Shown here piece by piece: positions 1 through 14,649 of a stretch of DNA of 64,000 nt. Made by a program: the position numbers and the translations under genes. Source of the stretch: an uncultured Desulfobacter sp. (lineage in GTDB: Bacteria > Desulfobacterota > Desulfobacteria > Desulfobacterales > Desulfobacteraceae); assembly GCA_963665095.1 (NCBI GenBank), contig OY762069.1:6240001-6304000 (forward strand), given 5' to 3'. The notes beneath the pieces were generated by a model. The model was not told where the DNA came from and searched no databases. It was given only the letters and a program-made list of their open reading frames with translations. Numbering within the stretch: the first letter of the stretch is position 1; the number at the start of each line of letters is the position of its first letter.

Positions 1-86
1 TATACCTTCTCTGTAGGATGAAATCAAGAAAAAGCCAACATTGAAATACATCTGAGGCCAAAGGCCGTCGCGACTGGCTGCCTTTA

Positions 87-1268
87 TCAGGAGAGCAGCT
101 TGAGCATCAGCGGCAGGGCGGTCATGGTGCCAATGGAGGATCCCAGATTTGTAAATACCACCACCAGAAGAATCCTTGTTACATTATTCCGCCAGAAGCC
201 TTTCACCGAAGTGATATCCTGAGGGATGGCTTCAAGATCCCTTACTTTAGGCTTGCGTGCAAATGCCTCAACCAGACCTGCCACCCATCCGGCAGCTATC
301 ATGGGGTTCAGGGAAGTCAGGGGGGCTGCAATGATGGATGAAACGATGGTATAGGGATGAGCCAGGGCAATCAGGGCACCGATGCCGGCAAAAATGCCAT
401 TGGCCAGTACCCAGATCCAGATCATGTCGGTTCCGGCACTTTTCCCTTCCATGAGGAATCCGGCAATAAAAAGTATGAGAATCAAGGCAGGGATCAGCCA
501 CTTAAGGATTTTGCCTGCTTTGCCGGGCGGGGGAAGCTCTTTAAGCGCTGCTATATCAATGGGAGTAGCCTGTTTAATATAACGGCGTATACCCGGAACA
601 TGAGCAGCCCCCACCACTGCCACAATTTTGGGGCCTGGTGCGGACCGGATGTTCTCAGCCAGAAACTGGTCCCGCTCGTCGATCAGGGCTTTCCCGATAA
701 TGGGGTGATCCTCTTTAATCTCTGAGAGCAATGACTGCAGAATATCCTGATGCTTCATTTTTTCAATATCCGCCTCTTCAATTTCATCGGACTGGCCAAA
801 AGAAAATACCATGGAGACCATCAGCTTTGTTTTTTCCCAGAACCCCATTCCCCGCCAGACCCGTGACAGGGTTGTCTGGATTTCCCGGTCCGCAGGGATA
901 ATTGCGGCATTAACCTTTTCTGCCGCGGTAATGGCATTCATCATCTCCTGGCCCGGTTTAATGCCGAATTTGTCTGCTATTTTTTTCTGGAAAGAGGCCA
1001 GCAAAAGGTTCATGAAGAGCATCAGGGCTTTTTTTTCTTTGATAACCTTGACGATGTCCATGTTACGCCACCTGTCGGCGTCCCGGATAGATGAGAGGCG
1101 GTTGGTACATAACTCCACACACACTGTGTCCGGCTGTTCCTTCTCTATTGTGTCCGATACGAGCTCAGCGCTGTGCCGGGAGACATGCGCGGTGCCGATA
1201 AGAATGATTTTTTTATCTTCCCAGTCAAGGGTGTGGATGTCGTTATGATCTGTTGGCGTTTCATTCAT
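87..1268 (-). CDS. TraB/GumN family (pheromone-shutdown-like) membrane protein
   Basis: 393 aa; GTAHVS, VCVELC, LIDERD and VVGAAH motifs, followed by C-terminal TM helices. Confidence 0.85.
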   Translation of the reverse strand: MNETPTDHNDIHTLDWEDKKIILIGTAHVSRHSAELVSDTIEKEQPDTVCVELCTNRLSSIRDADRWRNMDIVKVIKEKKALMLFMNLLLASFQKKIADKFGIKPGQEMMNAITAAEKVNAAIIPADREIQTTLSRVWRGMGFWEKTKLMVSMVFSFGQSDEIEEADIEKMKHQDILQSLLSEIKEDHPIIGKALIDERDQFLAENIRSAPGPKIVAVVGAAHVPGIRRYIKQATPIDIAALKELPPPGKAGKILKWLIPALILILFIAGFLMEGKSAGTDMIWIWVLANGIFAGIGALIALAHPYTIVSSIIAAPLTSLNPMIAAGWVAGLVEAFARKPKVRDLEAIPQDITSVKGFWRNNVTRILLVVVFTNLGSSIGTMTALPLMLKLLS

Positions 1269-1394
1269 TATTTAAACCGGCCTTATAGTTAAATTCAAAA
1301 AAGAAAAAATTATTATAACCATTTAAATATCCATGGCAATACAAAATAAGCGCAAATCTTGACCTGGTTAAACGGTTCTGGTATTCAGCATTCT

Positions 1395-1583
1395 ATGAAA
1401 TCTGCTGACGAACAAATATTAAGAGCAACCAAGGAAATCATAGTCAAGTTCATTGAAATGGGGCGGTTGTCGCCTTCCAACGTCCATGAATCTTTCAAGG
1501 ATGTTTATAAGACGGTCAATGATACAGTAAAAAAAAACCTGGACTCGCCTCAAGATGACGCATCCGGAACCAATAAATCCTGA
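1395..1583 (+). CDS. small hypothetical protein (62 aa)
   Basis: ATG at 1395; protein-like sequence DEQILRATKEIIVKFIEMGRLSP; overlaps the next gene. Confidence 0.7.
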   Translation: MKSADEQILRATKEIIVKFIEMGRLSPSNVHESFKDVYKTVNDTVKKNLDSPQDDASGTNKS

Positions 1584-2556
1584 AGTATCGCAGTTCGGTC
1601 GTGCCCGGACGGCTGTCAGCCAGGGCGTGAAAAAAGGATGGGGCGGCCTGATATGGCTTTTAAAGATTCTTGTGCCGATCTCCTTTGCAACAACCCTGAT
1701 GGTTCATTTTGAACTTTTACACCACCTGGATTTTTTTTTGCAGCCGCTGATGACCCTGATTCATCTGCCGGCATCTGCTGCCGTAGTTCTGGTTATCGGC
1801 ATTTTTACAGGCATCTACGGTACTGTCGCGGCACTGTCTGTTATGTCCTTTTCCATGGATCATATGACCCTGATAGCTGTTTTTACCCTGATTTCCCATA
1901 ATTTGCTCCAGGAGAGCCTGGTGCAGGCTAAATCCGGTTTTAAGTTTTCAACGGCTGTGGTGTTCCGGCTGATCATGGCTTTCATTGTCACCATGATCTG
2001 CGGGTGGATTATGGGGATCAGCCCGGAAGGCGTGGCAGCTGGAGGGGTTTGCGGTCAGCCTGTGGCCGCCGTATCCTTTGGTGCAATGCTGGCAGACTGG
2101 GCTAAGGGCACCTTTTTTTTATGTTTGCAGATATTCTGTATCATCATGCCTTTGATGGTTACCATGGAGCTGGCAAAGACCTTCCATGTTATTGAGGCTG
2201 TGACACACGCCTGCGCTCCTCTGTTAAGGCTTATGGGGCTCGATCGTTCCTGTGCTCTGTTATGGATGACGGCTGCGGTTTTCGGTCTGGCCTACGGGGC
2301 GGCAGTTATCGTGGAGGAGACAAAAAACAATACCCACGACCGGGATGCACTGACCCGGCTTCATCTTTCCATCGGCGTCAACCATGCCATGATTGAGGAT
2401 CCCTCGTTGTTTCTGCCTCTGGGACTGCCGGTATTCTGGCTCTGGATTCCCAGGCTTGTGGCGGCTATAGCCGCAGCCTGGATGCACATGGGTTACTCTT
2501 CGACAAGGAGACTGTATGCTGCACGCCCTGGGCATAAAAAATTTTGCGATCATTGA
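1555..2556 (+). CDS. nucleoside-recognition (Gate) domain membrane protein
   Basis: 333 aa, multi-TM, two similar halves with SHNLLQES and NHAMIED motifs. Confidence 0.7.
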   Translation: MTHPEPINPEVSQFGRARTAVSQGVKKGWGGLIWLLKILVPISFATTLMVHFELLHHLDFFLQPLMTLIHLPASAAVVLVIGIFTGIYGTVAALSVMSFSMDHMTLIAVFTLISHNLLQESLVQAKSGFKFSTAVVFRLIMAFIVTMICGWIMGISPEGVAAGGVCGQPVAAVSFGAMLADWAKGTFFLCLQIFCIIMPLMVTMELAKTFHVIEAVTHACAPLLRLMGLDRSCALLWMTAAVFGLAYGAAVIVEETKNNTHDRDALTRLHLSIGVNHAMIEDPSLFLPLGLPVFWLWIPRLVAAIAAAWMHMGYSSTRRLYAARPGHKKFCDH

Positions 2557-4216
2557 GGACCTGCGTATTGAGTTCGGTGCCGGCCTCTCTGTGCTGACAG
2601 GAGAAACCGGCGCGGGGAAATCAATCATTATCCAGGCGGTGAATCTGCTTTTAGGGTCAAGGGCCTCGGCCGATCTGGTGCGTACCGGAAAACAGAGTGC
2701 AGAACTGGAAGCTGTTTTCGATATTGCGCCCGATTCTCATGCCGCCCGGGTAATGGCGGAACAGGATCTGGATAGTGAAGAGGGACTCATTATTCGAAGA
2801 ATTATTTCTGCCTCGGGAAAAAGCCGGATTTTTGTCAATTCCCGGATAGTGACATTGGAATTTTTAAAACAGGTGACTGAAAACCTGGCCGGGGTCTCCA
2901 GCCAGCATGCCCATCAGGGACTGCTGAAAGAGGAACAACACCTGGATATTCTGGATGAATTTTCCCGTACCGTGGATTTACGCAATGATGTTTTAAGGCT
3001 TTACCAGCAGATTGTCCCGTTGAAAAATGAAATTGCCCGGCTGAAGGACAGAAAAGACAATGCCCAGAAAGAGCTGGAACTTTTACAGTTTCAGGTGGAT
3101 GAAATTGAAGCCGCCCATATCCGGCCCGGGGAGGACGAGGAACTGGCCCGGAAACGGGAACAGCTTCAGAATGCCGGGCAGATTTTTGAGTCGGTGAACA
3201 GGGCTGTGCATCATCTGTACGACCGGGAGGGCTCCGTGCTTGAACTGATTTCCGGCATGGCTTTAAACCTGTGCCGGTTTAGCCAGAAAGACGAGGCGCT
3301 TTCACCCATGGCCCGCCGTCTGGATGAAATTTCTTATGAACTCCAGGATCTGGTTACTGAGCTTCGCAATTATGCCACAGGCATTGACCTGGATCCCGAG
3401 TCTTTGGATCAGGTGGATCAGCGCATGGATCAGATTGCCAAACTTAAACGCAAATACGGGGGCAGTCTGGAGAGTGTGCTTGAACAGTATCAGGCCATGT
3501 CGAGTGACGTAAGTGACATCCAGGGACTGGAAGTGCAGATCAAAGGGCTGGAAGAAAAAGAGAAAGAGCTGGTGGAAAGTATCCGCCGGAAGGTCAAAGC
3601 CCTTTCCATGCGGCGCCGGAAGGAAGCCTTAACCCTTGCAAAACTGGCAACCGATGAGCTGGGTGCTTTGGAGATGGGCCGGGCAACCTTTGAAGTGGAA
3701 TTTTCCACCCGCCAAAGTGATGGTCCTGATGAGCTTGCGACCGAAGAGCAGGAAAAAATAACCGCCACAGGCATGGACCGGGTTCGTTTCCTGCTTAGCC
3801 CCAATCCGGGCGAGGCTGCCAGGCCACTTTCCAAAATTGCATCTGGTGGCGAACTTTCCCGCATTGTTTTGGCGCTTAAGGCTGTTCTGTCCTTAGGCCA
3901 CTGCGTTGAAACCCTGATTTTTGATGAGGTAGATGCCGGCATTGGCGGGGCTACATCAGACAAAGTAGGGATCAAGCTTAAGGCGCTTGGCCGGGTTCAC
4001 CAGGTGATCTGCATTACCCATCTGGCCCAGATTGCCAGGTATGGAAATCAGCAGTTTAGAATTGCCAAACAGGTATCCGCAGGCCGGACTGCCACCCGTA
4101 TCACACCTTTAATCTGCCCGGAAGATCGGGTTAAAGAGATAGCCAGAATGATCGGCGGCACCGATATCACAGACGCCACGCTTGCCCATGCCAGAGAACT
4201 TCTTGAAACAGCCTGA
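2516..4216 (+). CDS. recN: DNA repair protein RecN
   Basis: GETGAGKS Walker A, coiled coil, SGGELSR signature, FDEVDAG, ITHLAQIA. Confidence 0.95.
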   Translation: MLHALGIKNFAIIEDLRIEFGAGLSVLTGETGAGKSIIIQAVNLLLGSRASADLVRTGKQSAELEAVFDIAPDSHAARVMAEQDLDSEEGLIIRRIISASGKSRIFVNSRIVTLEFLKQVTENLAGVSSQHAHQGLLKEEQHLDILDEFSRTVDLRNDVLRLYQQIVPLKNEIARLKDRKDNAQKELELLQFQVDEIEAAHIRPGEDEELARKREQLQNAGQIFESVNRAVHHLYDREGSVLELISGMALNLCRFSQKDEALSPMARRLDEISYELQDLVTELRNYATGIDLDPESLDQVDQRMDQIAKLKRKYGGSLESVLEQYQAMSSDVSDIQGLEVQIKGLEEKEKELVESIRRKVKALSMRRRKEALTLAKLATDELGALEMGRATFEVEFSTRQSDGPDELATEEQEKITATGMDRVRFLLSPNPGEAARPLSKIASGGELSRIVLALKAVLSLGHCVETLIFDEVDAGIGGATSDKVGIKLKALGRVHQVICITHLAQIARYGNQQFRIAKQVSAGRTATRITPLICPEDRVKEIARMIGGTDITDATLAHARELLETA

Positions 4217-4219
4217 GTC

Positions 4220-4247
4220 TTGACAAATCCCTTTTTCTGCTTATATT
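4220..4247 (+). promoter_or_regulatory. sigma70-type promoter upstream of the zinc-ribbon gene
   Basis: TTGACA-N16-TATATT. Confidence 0.5.
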
Positions 4248-4395
4248 AGTAAGTTATTGTAAATTTGATTCAGAGCTGCTTTTCTCAGGTAACGCCCTGG
4301 ATTAACCCGGAATTGATTCAGGACGGCTCAGAGTTGTAATCACCCCATTTGGTGGGTCAGCCGTCCGTCCAGTATACAAACCGCAAGGAGTGATT

Positions 4396-4644
4396 ATGCC
4401 GATATATGAATTCAAATGCAGTAAATGCGAGGAGTTTTTTGAAGTGATCGTGATGGGGTCGGATGGAGATCGGGAAGTGGCCTGCCCCAAGTGCCAGTCC
4501 AAAGAGTTCCAGCGAGTGGTTTCCACTACCAATTATGCCATGGGGGCTTCAGGGCCAGCCTCAAAAGGGGTTTATACCCAGGAGCGTACCTGCTCAACCG
4601 GGTCCTGCAAAACCTACACCATTCCAGGAGGAACAAACGGTTAG
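4396..4644 (+). CDS. FmdB-family zinc-ribbon protein
   Basis: MPIYEFKCSKC...CPKCQS; AAGGAG RBS upstream. Confidence 0.85.
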   Translation: MPIYEFKCSKCEEFFEVIVMGSDGDREVACPKCQSKEFQRVVSTTNYAMGASGPASKGVYTQERTCSTGSCKTYTIPGGTNG

Positions 4645-4757
4645 CACCCTTGTTTTTTTGAATTGTTAATGTGCAAGATTTGTATTTGATCATGAGTCCG
4701 GAATATTTGCAGCGCTGATATAGTGGATGACCCGGGGCCTGTGCAAAAGGAGAATTT

Positions 4758-6059
4758 ATGGAAATGACGGCAAAGCTGATAATTGATGGCAAAGAATACT
4801 TGCTGCCTGTTTTTGAAGGCACTGAAGGTGACTGTGCCATTGACATCAGAAATTTGAGAAGAGAAACGGGCCTGATTACGTTTGATCCGGGATTCGGGAA
4901 TACTGGTTCATGTAAAAGCAGCATTACTTTCATGGACGGAGAACAGGGTATTCTTCGGTACAGGGGCATTCCCATTGAACAACTGGCGGAAAAATCCACC
5001 TTTGTGGAAACCGCTTATTTGTTGATTGCCGGCAAGCTGCCCACCCGGGATGAGTTGACAAGAACTTCCGTGTTTCTGAATGACTTTTCCCCGATTCATG
5101 AAAATATGAAAAGCTTTTATCGAAACTATCCTGCCAAGGCCCATCCCATGGGTATTCTGTCTGCCATGGTAAATGCCATGAGGAGCTTTTATCCGGAATT
5201 GGTGGATCTTGAGGAGGAGATGAATACAACCTTTCTGCGCATTATTTCTAAAATTCGGACCATGGCAGCCATGGCCTACAGGATTTCAATGGGTCAGATG
5301 GTGGTTTATCCCCGGCCGGATTTGTGCTACTGCTCCAATTTTCTGAACATGATGTTTGACTCTCCGGTTGTGCCGTATCATATTGATCCGGATCTCGTTC
5401 GGGCATTGAATGTGTTCTGGATTCTACATGCCGATCATGAACAGAATTGTTCCACCACCGCGGTGCGGGTTGTGGGGTCCAGCAAAGTGAATATTTATGC
5501 TGCTATTTCCACGGGAATTTCCGCCTTATGGGGGCCGCTGCACGGTGGTGCCAATCAGGCTGTAATAACGATGCTTGAGTCAGTTGAAAAAGCAGGGATG
5601 ACTATTGAGCAGTGTATTGCAAAGGCTAAGGATAAACAGGATCCTTTCCGGCTCATGGGATTTGGGCACCGGGTTTACAAGACCTACGATCCCCGTGCCA
5701 AAATTATGAAAAAGATGTGCGACATAGTTCTTTCAAAGGTAAAAAGAAAGGATCCTTTACTGGACATTGCTTTGCGGCTTGAAGAGGCAGCCCTTGAAGA
5801 TCCCTATTTCAAGGAAAAAAATCTGTATCCCAATGTGGATTTCTATTCAGGTATTGTGCTGCGGGCTATTGGGATTCCCACCAATATGTTTACCGTTATG
5901 TTCGCCATTGGCCGCCTTCCCGGATGGATTGCCCAGTGGAAAGAAGATACCATAGATCCTGAAATGAAGATTACACGGCCCAGGCAGATATATACCGGGG
6001 CCACTATCAACGATTATACCCCTATTGGTCAACGGACCACCGATGATCCGGTCTATTGA
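4758..6059 (+). CDS. gltA: citrate synthase
   Basis: HADHEQN, GPLHGGAN, GFGHRVYK and YPNVDFYSG motifs. Confidence 0.97.
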   Translation: MEMTAKLIIDGKEYLLPVFEGTEGDCAIDIRNLRRETGLITFDPGFGNTGSCKSSITFMDGEQGILRYRGIPIEQLAEKSTFVETAYLLIAGKLPTRDELTRTSVFLNDFSPIHENMKSFYRNYPAKAHPMGILSAMVNAMRSFYPELVDLEEEMNTTFLRIISKIRTMAAMAYRISMGQMVVYPRPDLCYCSNFLNMMFDSPVVPYHIDPDLVRALNVFWILHADHEQNCSTTAVRVVGSSKVNIYAAISTGISALWGPLHGGANQAVITMLESVEKAGMTIEQCIAKAKDKQDPFRLMGFGHRVYKTYDPRAKIMKKMCDIVLSKVKRKDPLLDIALRLEEAALEDPYFKEKNLYPNVDFYSGIVLRAIGIPTNMFTVMFAIGRLPGWIAQWKEDTIDPEMKITRPRQIYTGATINDYTPIGQRTTDDPVY

Positions 6060-6894
6060 AATAATCGCCCACCGCGGGGCCAGAAGCCTGGCCCCGGAAA
6101 ATACCTTGGCAGCTGCCCGCCTCGGGCATGAGCTTGGCGCCCATCGATGGGAGACTGATGCCAGCCTGACCCGGGACGGGCAGATGGTTTTGTTTCATGA
6201 TCATACCCTTACCCGGTGTACCAATGCAGTCCAGGTGCTGGGGTATGATCCGGATCATCCTGAAAAGTTGGTCTGGCCGGGTCCCGGCACCATCGACCGT
6301 CTGGACAGTCATTTCCTGACCGATTTGGAAATCCTGGATGCCGGCAGTTGGTTCGAACAGGCAGATCCTTTTTCAACGGTATCTGAAATTGATCCGGAGA
6401 CCCTTGAAGGATTCAAGGGTGTTGGTATACCAACCCTTTATGAAGGTCTCGTACTGACAAAGGAGCTTGGCTGGTGTATCAATGTTGAACTTAAAGACCA
6501 TGAAAATGAGCCGGAACCCAATTTTCATCCATCCCGGGTTTTGGTCGAACTGGTCCGGTCCGGCATTACGCCTCAACAGGTGACGCTCTCTTCATTTAAC
6601 CATGGCTGGCTCAGATGGCTGCGGCAAAGAGCTCCTGAATATGAACTCCAGGCCCTGGTTGGGGATCGGGATGACGAACCTTTAGATTTTGATGATCCTG
6701 TGTTTACCAGCCATGAATTTGAAGTGCTTAATGTCAACGCCCTGCTGATTACATCTAAGCAAATCCGGTGTCTGACAGAGGCCGGAAAGCGCATCAATCT
6801 GTTCACAGTGAATGACCCCCATGATTATATGCGCTTTGTCAGTGCCGGAGCCAGCGGAATTTTCACTGATTTCCCTCAGCGTTTCACTGCCTGA
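6043..6894 (+). CDS. glycerophosphodiester phosphodiesterase family protein
   Basis: IIAHRGARSLAPENT, ETD, FHD, NVELK, GIFTDFP; ATG at 6043 overlaps the end of gltA. Confidence 0.9.
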   Translation: MIRSIEIIAHRGARSLAPENTLAAARLGHELGAHRWETDASLTRDGQMVLFHDHTLTRCTNAVQVLGYDPDHPEKLVWPGPGTIDRLDSHFLTDLEILDAGSWFEQADPFSTVSEIDPETLEGFKGVGIPTLYEGLVLTKELGWCINVELKDHENEPEPNFHPSRVLVELVRSGITPQQVTLSSFNHGWLRWLRQRAPEYELQALVGDRDDEPLDFDDPVFTSHEFEVLNVNALLITSKQIRCLTEAGKRINLFTVNDPHDYMRFVSAGASGIFTDFPQRFTA

Positions 6895-7031
6895 TTTTAT
6901 TGTTTTAGGTTCATAGACTGAATCAGATCTAATTCCTTCGGTATTGTTGTCTGAGCCTGTTTCTTTTATTGGACTCTTTGGGTTGCTGGCCCGTGTCTTC
7001 AGTCTTTCGGGGAGCAGCATCCGATCCGGTT

Positions 7032-8039
7032 TTAATGGCAGTAAAAAGAGTGGAACGCTTCTATCGTCTGGTCAATATCCTCAACCGAAATATCCAGATG
7101 GGTAACCAGGCGAAGATGTCCGGACCGGTCAATGAGAATCCCTTTGTTGCTCATGTGATCGGCCAGGGCGGGTGCGTCTTTTCCCACATCTGCAAATATC
7201 ATATTTGTCTGGACAGTATCTGGGTTAACATGCAGGCAGGGAATATCCGCAATGCCTCTGGCCAGCCGAAGGGCGTTATCATGATCCTGGGAGAGCCTTT
7301 GAACATGGTTATCCAGGGCATAAATGCCGGCTGCGGCCAGCATGCCTGCCTGACGCATCCCCCCTCCAAGCATTTTACGCCATTTTTTTGCCTCTTTGAT
7401 AAACGGGGCCGGTCCGCACAGAACAGACCCCACTGGTGCACCAAGGCCTTTGGATAAGCAGCAGGACACGGTATCAAACAGGCTGGTAATATTTTTTACA
7501 TCAATTTGTAGTTTAACTGCTGCATTAAATACCCTGGCCCCGTCCAGATGCCTTGCAAGCCGATGGACATTAGCAAACTGGCTGGCGGACTTAAGATAAT
7601 CCATGGGCAGCACTTTGCCTGCCTGGGTGTTTTCCAGGCATAACAACCGGGTTCTGGCAAAATGAAAGTCATCAGGTTTAATCGCATTTTCTACTTTTTT
7701 AAGGTCCAGGGTGCCGTCAGGTTCAAGGTCTATAGGCTGAGGCTGAATACTGCCCAATACAGCTGCACCTCCGCCTTCGTATTTATATGTATGTGCTGTT
7801 TGCCCTACAATGTATTCGTCACCCCTTCGGCAATGGGTCATCAGTGCCAGTAAATTTGATTGGGTGCCTGATGTGCAGAAAAGAGCAGCTTCCATCCCTG
7901 TAATGTCAGCAATTTTTTTTTCCAGTAAATTAACAGTAGGATCCTCTTTATATACATCGTCACCTACCTCTGCTTTTACCATTGCGTCTCTCATAGGTTC
8001 GGTAGGGCGGGTTACGGTGTCGCTTCTTAAATCAATCAT
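7032..8039 (-). CDS. ltaE: low-specificity L-threonine aldolase
   Basis: IDLRSDTVT, HLDGAR, CLSKGLGAP (PLP lysine), GGGMRQAG. Confidence 0.95.
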   Translation of the reverse strand: MIDLRSDTVTRPTEPMRDAMVKAEVGDDVYKEDPTVNLLEKKIADITGMEAALFCTSGTQSNLLALMTHCRRGDEYIVGQTAHTYKYEGGGAAVLGSIQPQPIDLEPDGTLDLKKVENAIKPDDFHFARTRLLCLENTQAGKVLPMDYLKSASQFANVHRLARHLDGARVFNAAVKLQIDVKNITSLFDTVSCCLSKGLGAPVGSVLCGPAPFIKEAKKWRKMLGGGMRQAGMLAAAGIYALDNHVQRLSQDHDNALRLARGIADIPCLHVNPDTVQTNMIFADVGKDAPALADHMSNKGILIDRSGHLRLVTHLDISVEDIDQTIEAFHSFYCH

Positions 8040-8252
8040 TGTTTTTTATCCTCAATACAGTTTTTGAAAAAATTAATATGGTTTTTTTGAGATTAATCCG
8101 TCTCCCAGGGGAATTGGTTTTAATCCGTGCCCAAAGAATAAAAGTAATTAAATTATCTGTTCCTTCAATCGGTTACAGGGTGTCCCGTCTTACCACAACT
8201 TTGCTTCTGTGTGAGCAACAAAAAGAAAAAATAATTTTTATTAAAAAAAGGT

Positions 8253-8356
8253 TTGACATTCGTTAGAAAATAAACGATATTGCTTTGGCTTCTCGGGGAG
8301 CAGCAAAGTTTTCTCCGGGAAGATTTTTTTTGAGAAGTTTTTTTGATCTTTGAAAA
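8253..8356 (+). promoter_or_regulatory. rRNA operon promoter and boxA-like antitermination element
   Basis: A-rich UP-like tract, TTGACA at 8253, TGATCTTTGAAAA at ~8344; the leader is complementary to TTCACTGGCCAACTTTGAGAGATC after the 16S (processing stem). Confidence 0.55.
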
Positions 8357-8452
8357 TTGGTCAGTGAAAAAGAAAAGAGCGGGTCAATGACAATACGCTT
8401 TCAAGCTTAACAGCTTTAAGCGTAGACCTTAAAAAGTTTTAGTAAAGGATTA

Positions 8453-10012
<1,560 letters not shown>

Positions 10013-10275
10013 CAAAGGAAAGAATAAATAAAAGCTTTTTTCGGCTTCACTGGCCAACTTTGAGAGATCAAACCGATGAATCAAGTAGTCGTACTCTCTT
10101 TGTTCTTTGACAATTTGTTGTAGTAAATATCAATAGCGTTGTTGATAAAGTACCGTAGGGTGCTGAGTCAACTAAATATAAAAATGGTATGGAAGATGAA
10201 AATCAACCATCCCATGCTATGTTGAAGAAAATATTGTGAAATGGCGCTTGAACAAACTAAAGTTTCGAAACAGGT

Positions 10276-10402
10276 ATGTTTTTTGAAAATTTTAGTGAAA
10301 TTCAAGGCGCAGGCTTTTCGACTGAGTGAGTCGACCTTATGGTCGTCGATCGAAGGAGATAAAGACTGCAACGCCGAATTTCACAAAATTTTCAAAAAAC
10401 AT
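10276..10402. repeat. ~127-bp ERIC-like palindromic element in the 16S-23S spacer
   Basis: arms ATGTTTTTTGAAAATTT..GTGAAATTC and GAATTTCACAAAATTTTCAAAAAACAT; internal CAAGGCGCAG...CTGCAACGCCG. Confidence 0.6.
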
Positions 10403-10437
10403 CAAAGCGTTTAAACTTATTTGTGGAATTAAATAGT

Positions 10438-13410
<2,973 letters not shown>

Positions 13411-13544
13411 CTTTTTTCCACGAATAAATTTAGACGCTTTGATGAAGGACATAGCAAGCTTGATATAGCTACAACAGATTACATATTTGGACCCAAGGTA
13501 CATGTCATGTATAACTTTCTGAAGTACCAGGTCCGACCAGTGTA

Positions 13545-13661
13545 ACCGGTGGTAATGGCGAAGAGGCCACACCCGTACCCATCTCGAACACGGAAGTTAA
13601 GCTCTTTAGCGTCGATGGTACTGCATGGGAGACTATGTGGGAGAGTAGAACGCCGCCGGTT
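13545..13661 (+). rRNA. rrf: 5S ribosomal RNA
   Basis: CCGGTGGTAATGGCG...CCCATCTCGAACACGGAAGTTAAG...GAGAGTAGAACGCCGCCGG. Confidence 0.95.
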
Positions 13662-13668
13662 CTTCTTC

Positions 13669-13714
13669 AAAAGGCTCTGATTATCAATAAGATAGTCAGG
13701 GCCTTTTACTTTTT
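13669..13714 (+). terminator. rRNA operon intrinsic terminator (repeated twice more downstream)
   Basis: AAAAGGCTCTGATTATC-loop-GATAGTCAGGGCCTTTT followed by a T tract. Confidence 0.8.
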
Positions 13715-13718
13715 GGTG

Positions 13719-14100
13719 CCCATCTCGAACCCGGAAGACCCGATTATATGTTTTGGTCTTTAGCGTCGATGGTACTGTCATAGGAGTGTATTGTTTGGGA
13801 GAGTAGAACGCCGCCGGTTCTTCTTTGAAAGGCTCTGATTATCAATATGATAGTCAGGGCCTTTTACTTTTTGGTGCCCATCTCGAACACGGAAGAGCCG
13901 ATTATAAGTTTTGGTCTTTAGCGTCGATGGTACTGTCATAGGAGTGTATTGTTTGGGAGAGTAGAACGCCGGCGGTTCTTCTTCAAAAGGCTCTGATTAT
14001 CAATATGATAGTCAGGGCCTTTTACTTTTTGGTGCCCATCTCGAACACGGAAGAGCCGATTATAAGTTTTGGTCTTTAGCGTCGATGGTACTGCCATAGG
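13719..14100 (+). repeat. 158-bp tandem repeat of altered 5S rRNA 3' portion plus terminator (2 full copies, 1 partial)
   Basis: CCCATCTCGAAC recurs at 13578 (in 5S), 13719, 13877 and 14035. Confidence 0.9.
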
Positions 14101-14532
14101 TTAAATCATGTCAGCAATCTGTTTCCCATAATTCTGGGCCTCTTCAACGCCGTCTTCAACCCAGGATGCTTTGATCATCAAAGGCGCGGAAGCCATTTTC
14201 ATTTTAAAAATATATTGCATGGTGTCAAAGATCCGTTTATTGGCTTCACCACTCCAGCCATAGGCGCCAAAGGCCCCGGCGGGTTTGTCTTTAAGTCCTG
14301 CCTGCTCTGCCATAAACAATACCTGCTTCATGGGCGAAAGCATCTCTCCATTGTATGTAGGGGAGCCAAAAACATATGCGTCATATCCGGATAAGTCGGC
14401 GTCACTGTTAATTTCGCTGCAGTTTTTTAAGACAGCCTCTTGTCCGGTCTGGCGAACACCTTCTGCTATTAATTCTGCTATTCCCTTGGTTTCATCAACT
14501 CTGGAGGTGTATACAATCAGTACAGTTCCCAT
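14101..14532 (-). CDS. flavodoxin-domain protein
   Basis: VLIVYTS...TKGIAE, FGSPTYNG, AFGAYGWSGEA. Confidence 0.85.
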   Translation of the reverse strand: MGTVLIVYTSRVDETKGIAELIAEGVRQTGQEAVLKNCSEINSDADLSGYDAYVFGSPTYNGEMLSPMKQVLFMAEQAGLKDKPAGAFGAYGWSGEANKRIFDTMQYIFKMKMASAPLMIKASWVEDGVEEAQNYGKQIADMI

Positions 14533-14649
14533 TTTTTCTCCTTAAAATTTTAAAAATTGAATTTAATAGTTCAATTTTTTGTTCATTTGTGTCAACAATT
14601 AGTTAGCATTCCAGTGAAAAAACTGAAATCTAAACAAGGAGAATATCTC

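Noticed and set aside
87..1268. Conjugation gene, from the TraB name
   Set aside because: This TraB/GumN family is a common chromosomal membrane protein, and no transfer genes are present.
13578..14100. CRISPR array or extra 5S genes
   Set aside because: The units are near-identical along their whole length with no unique spacers and there are no cas genes. The copies lack the 5S 5' strand, so they cannot be complete 5S rRNAs.
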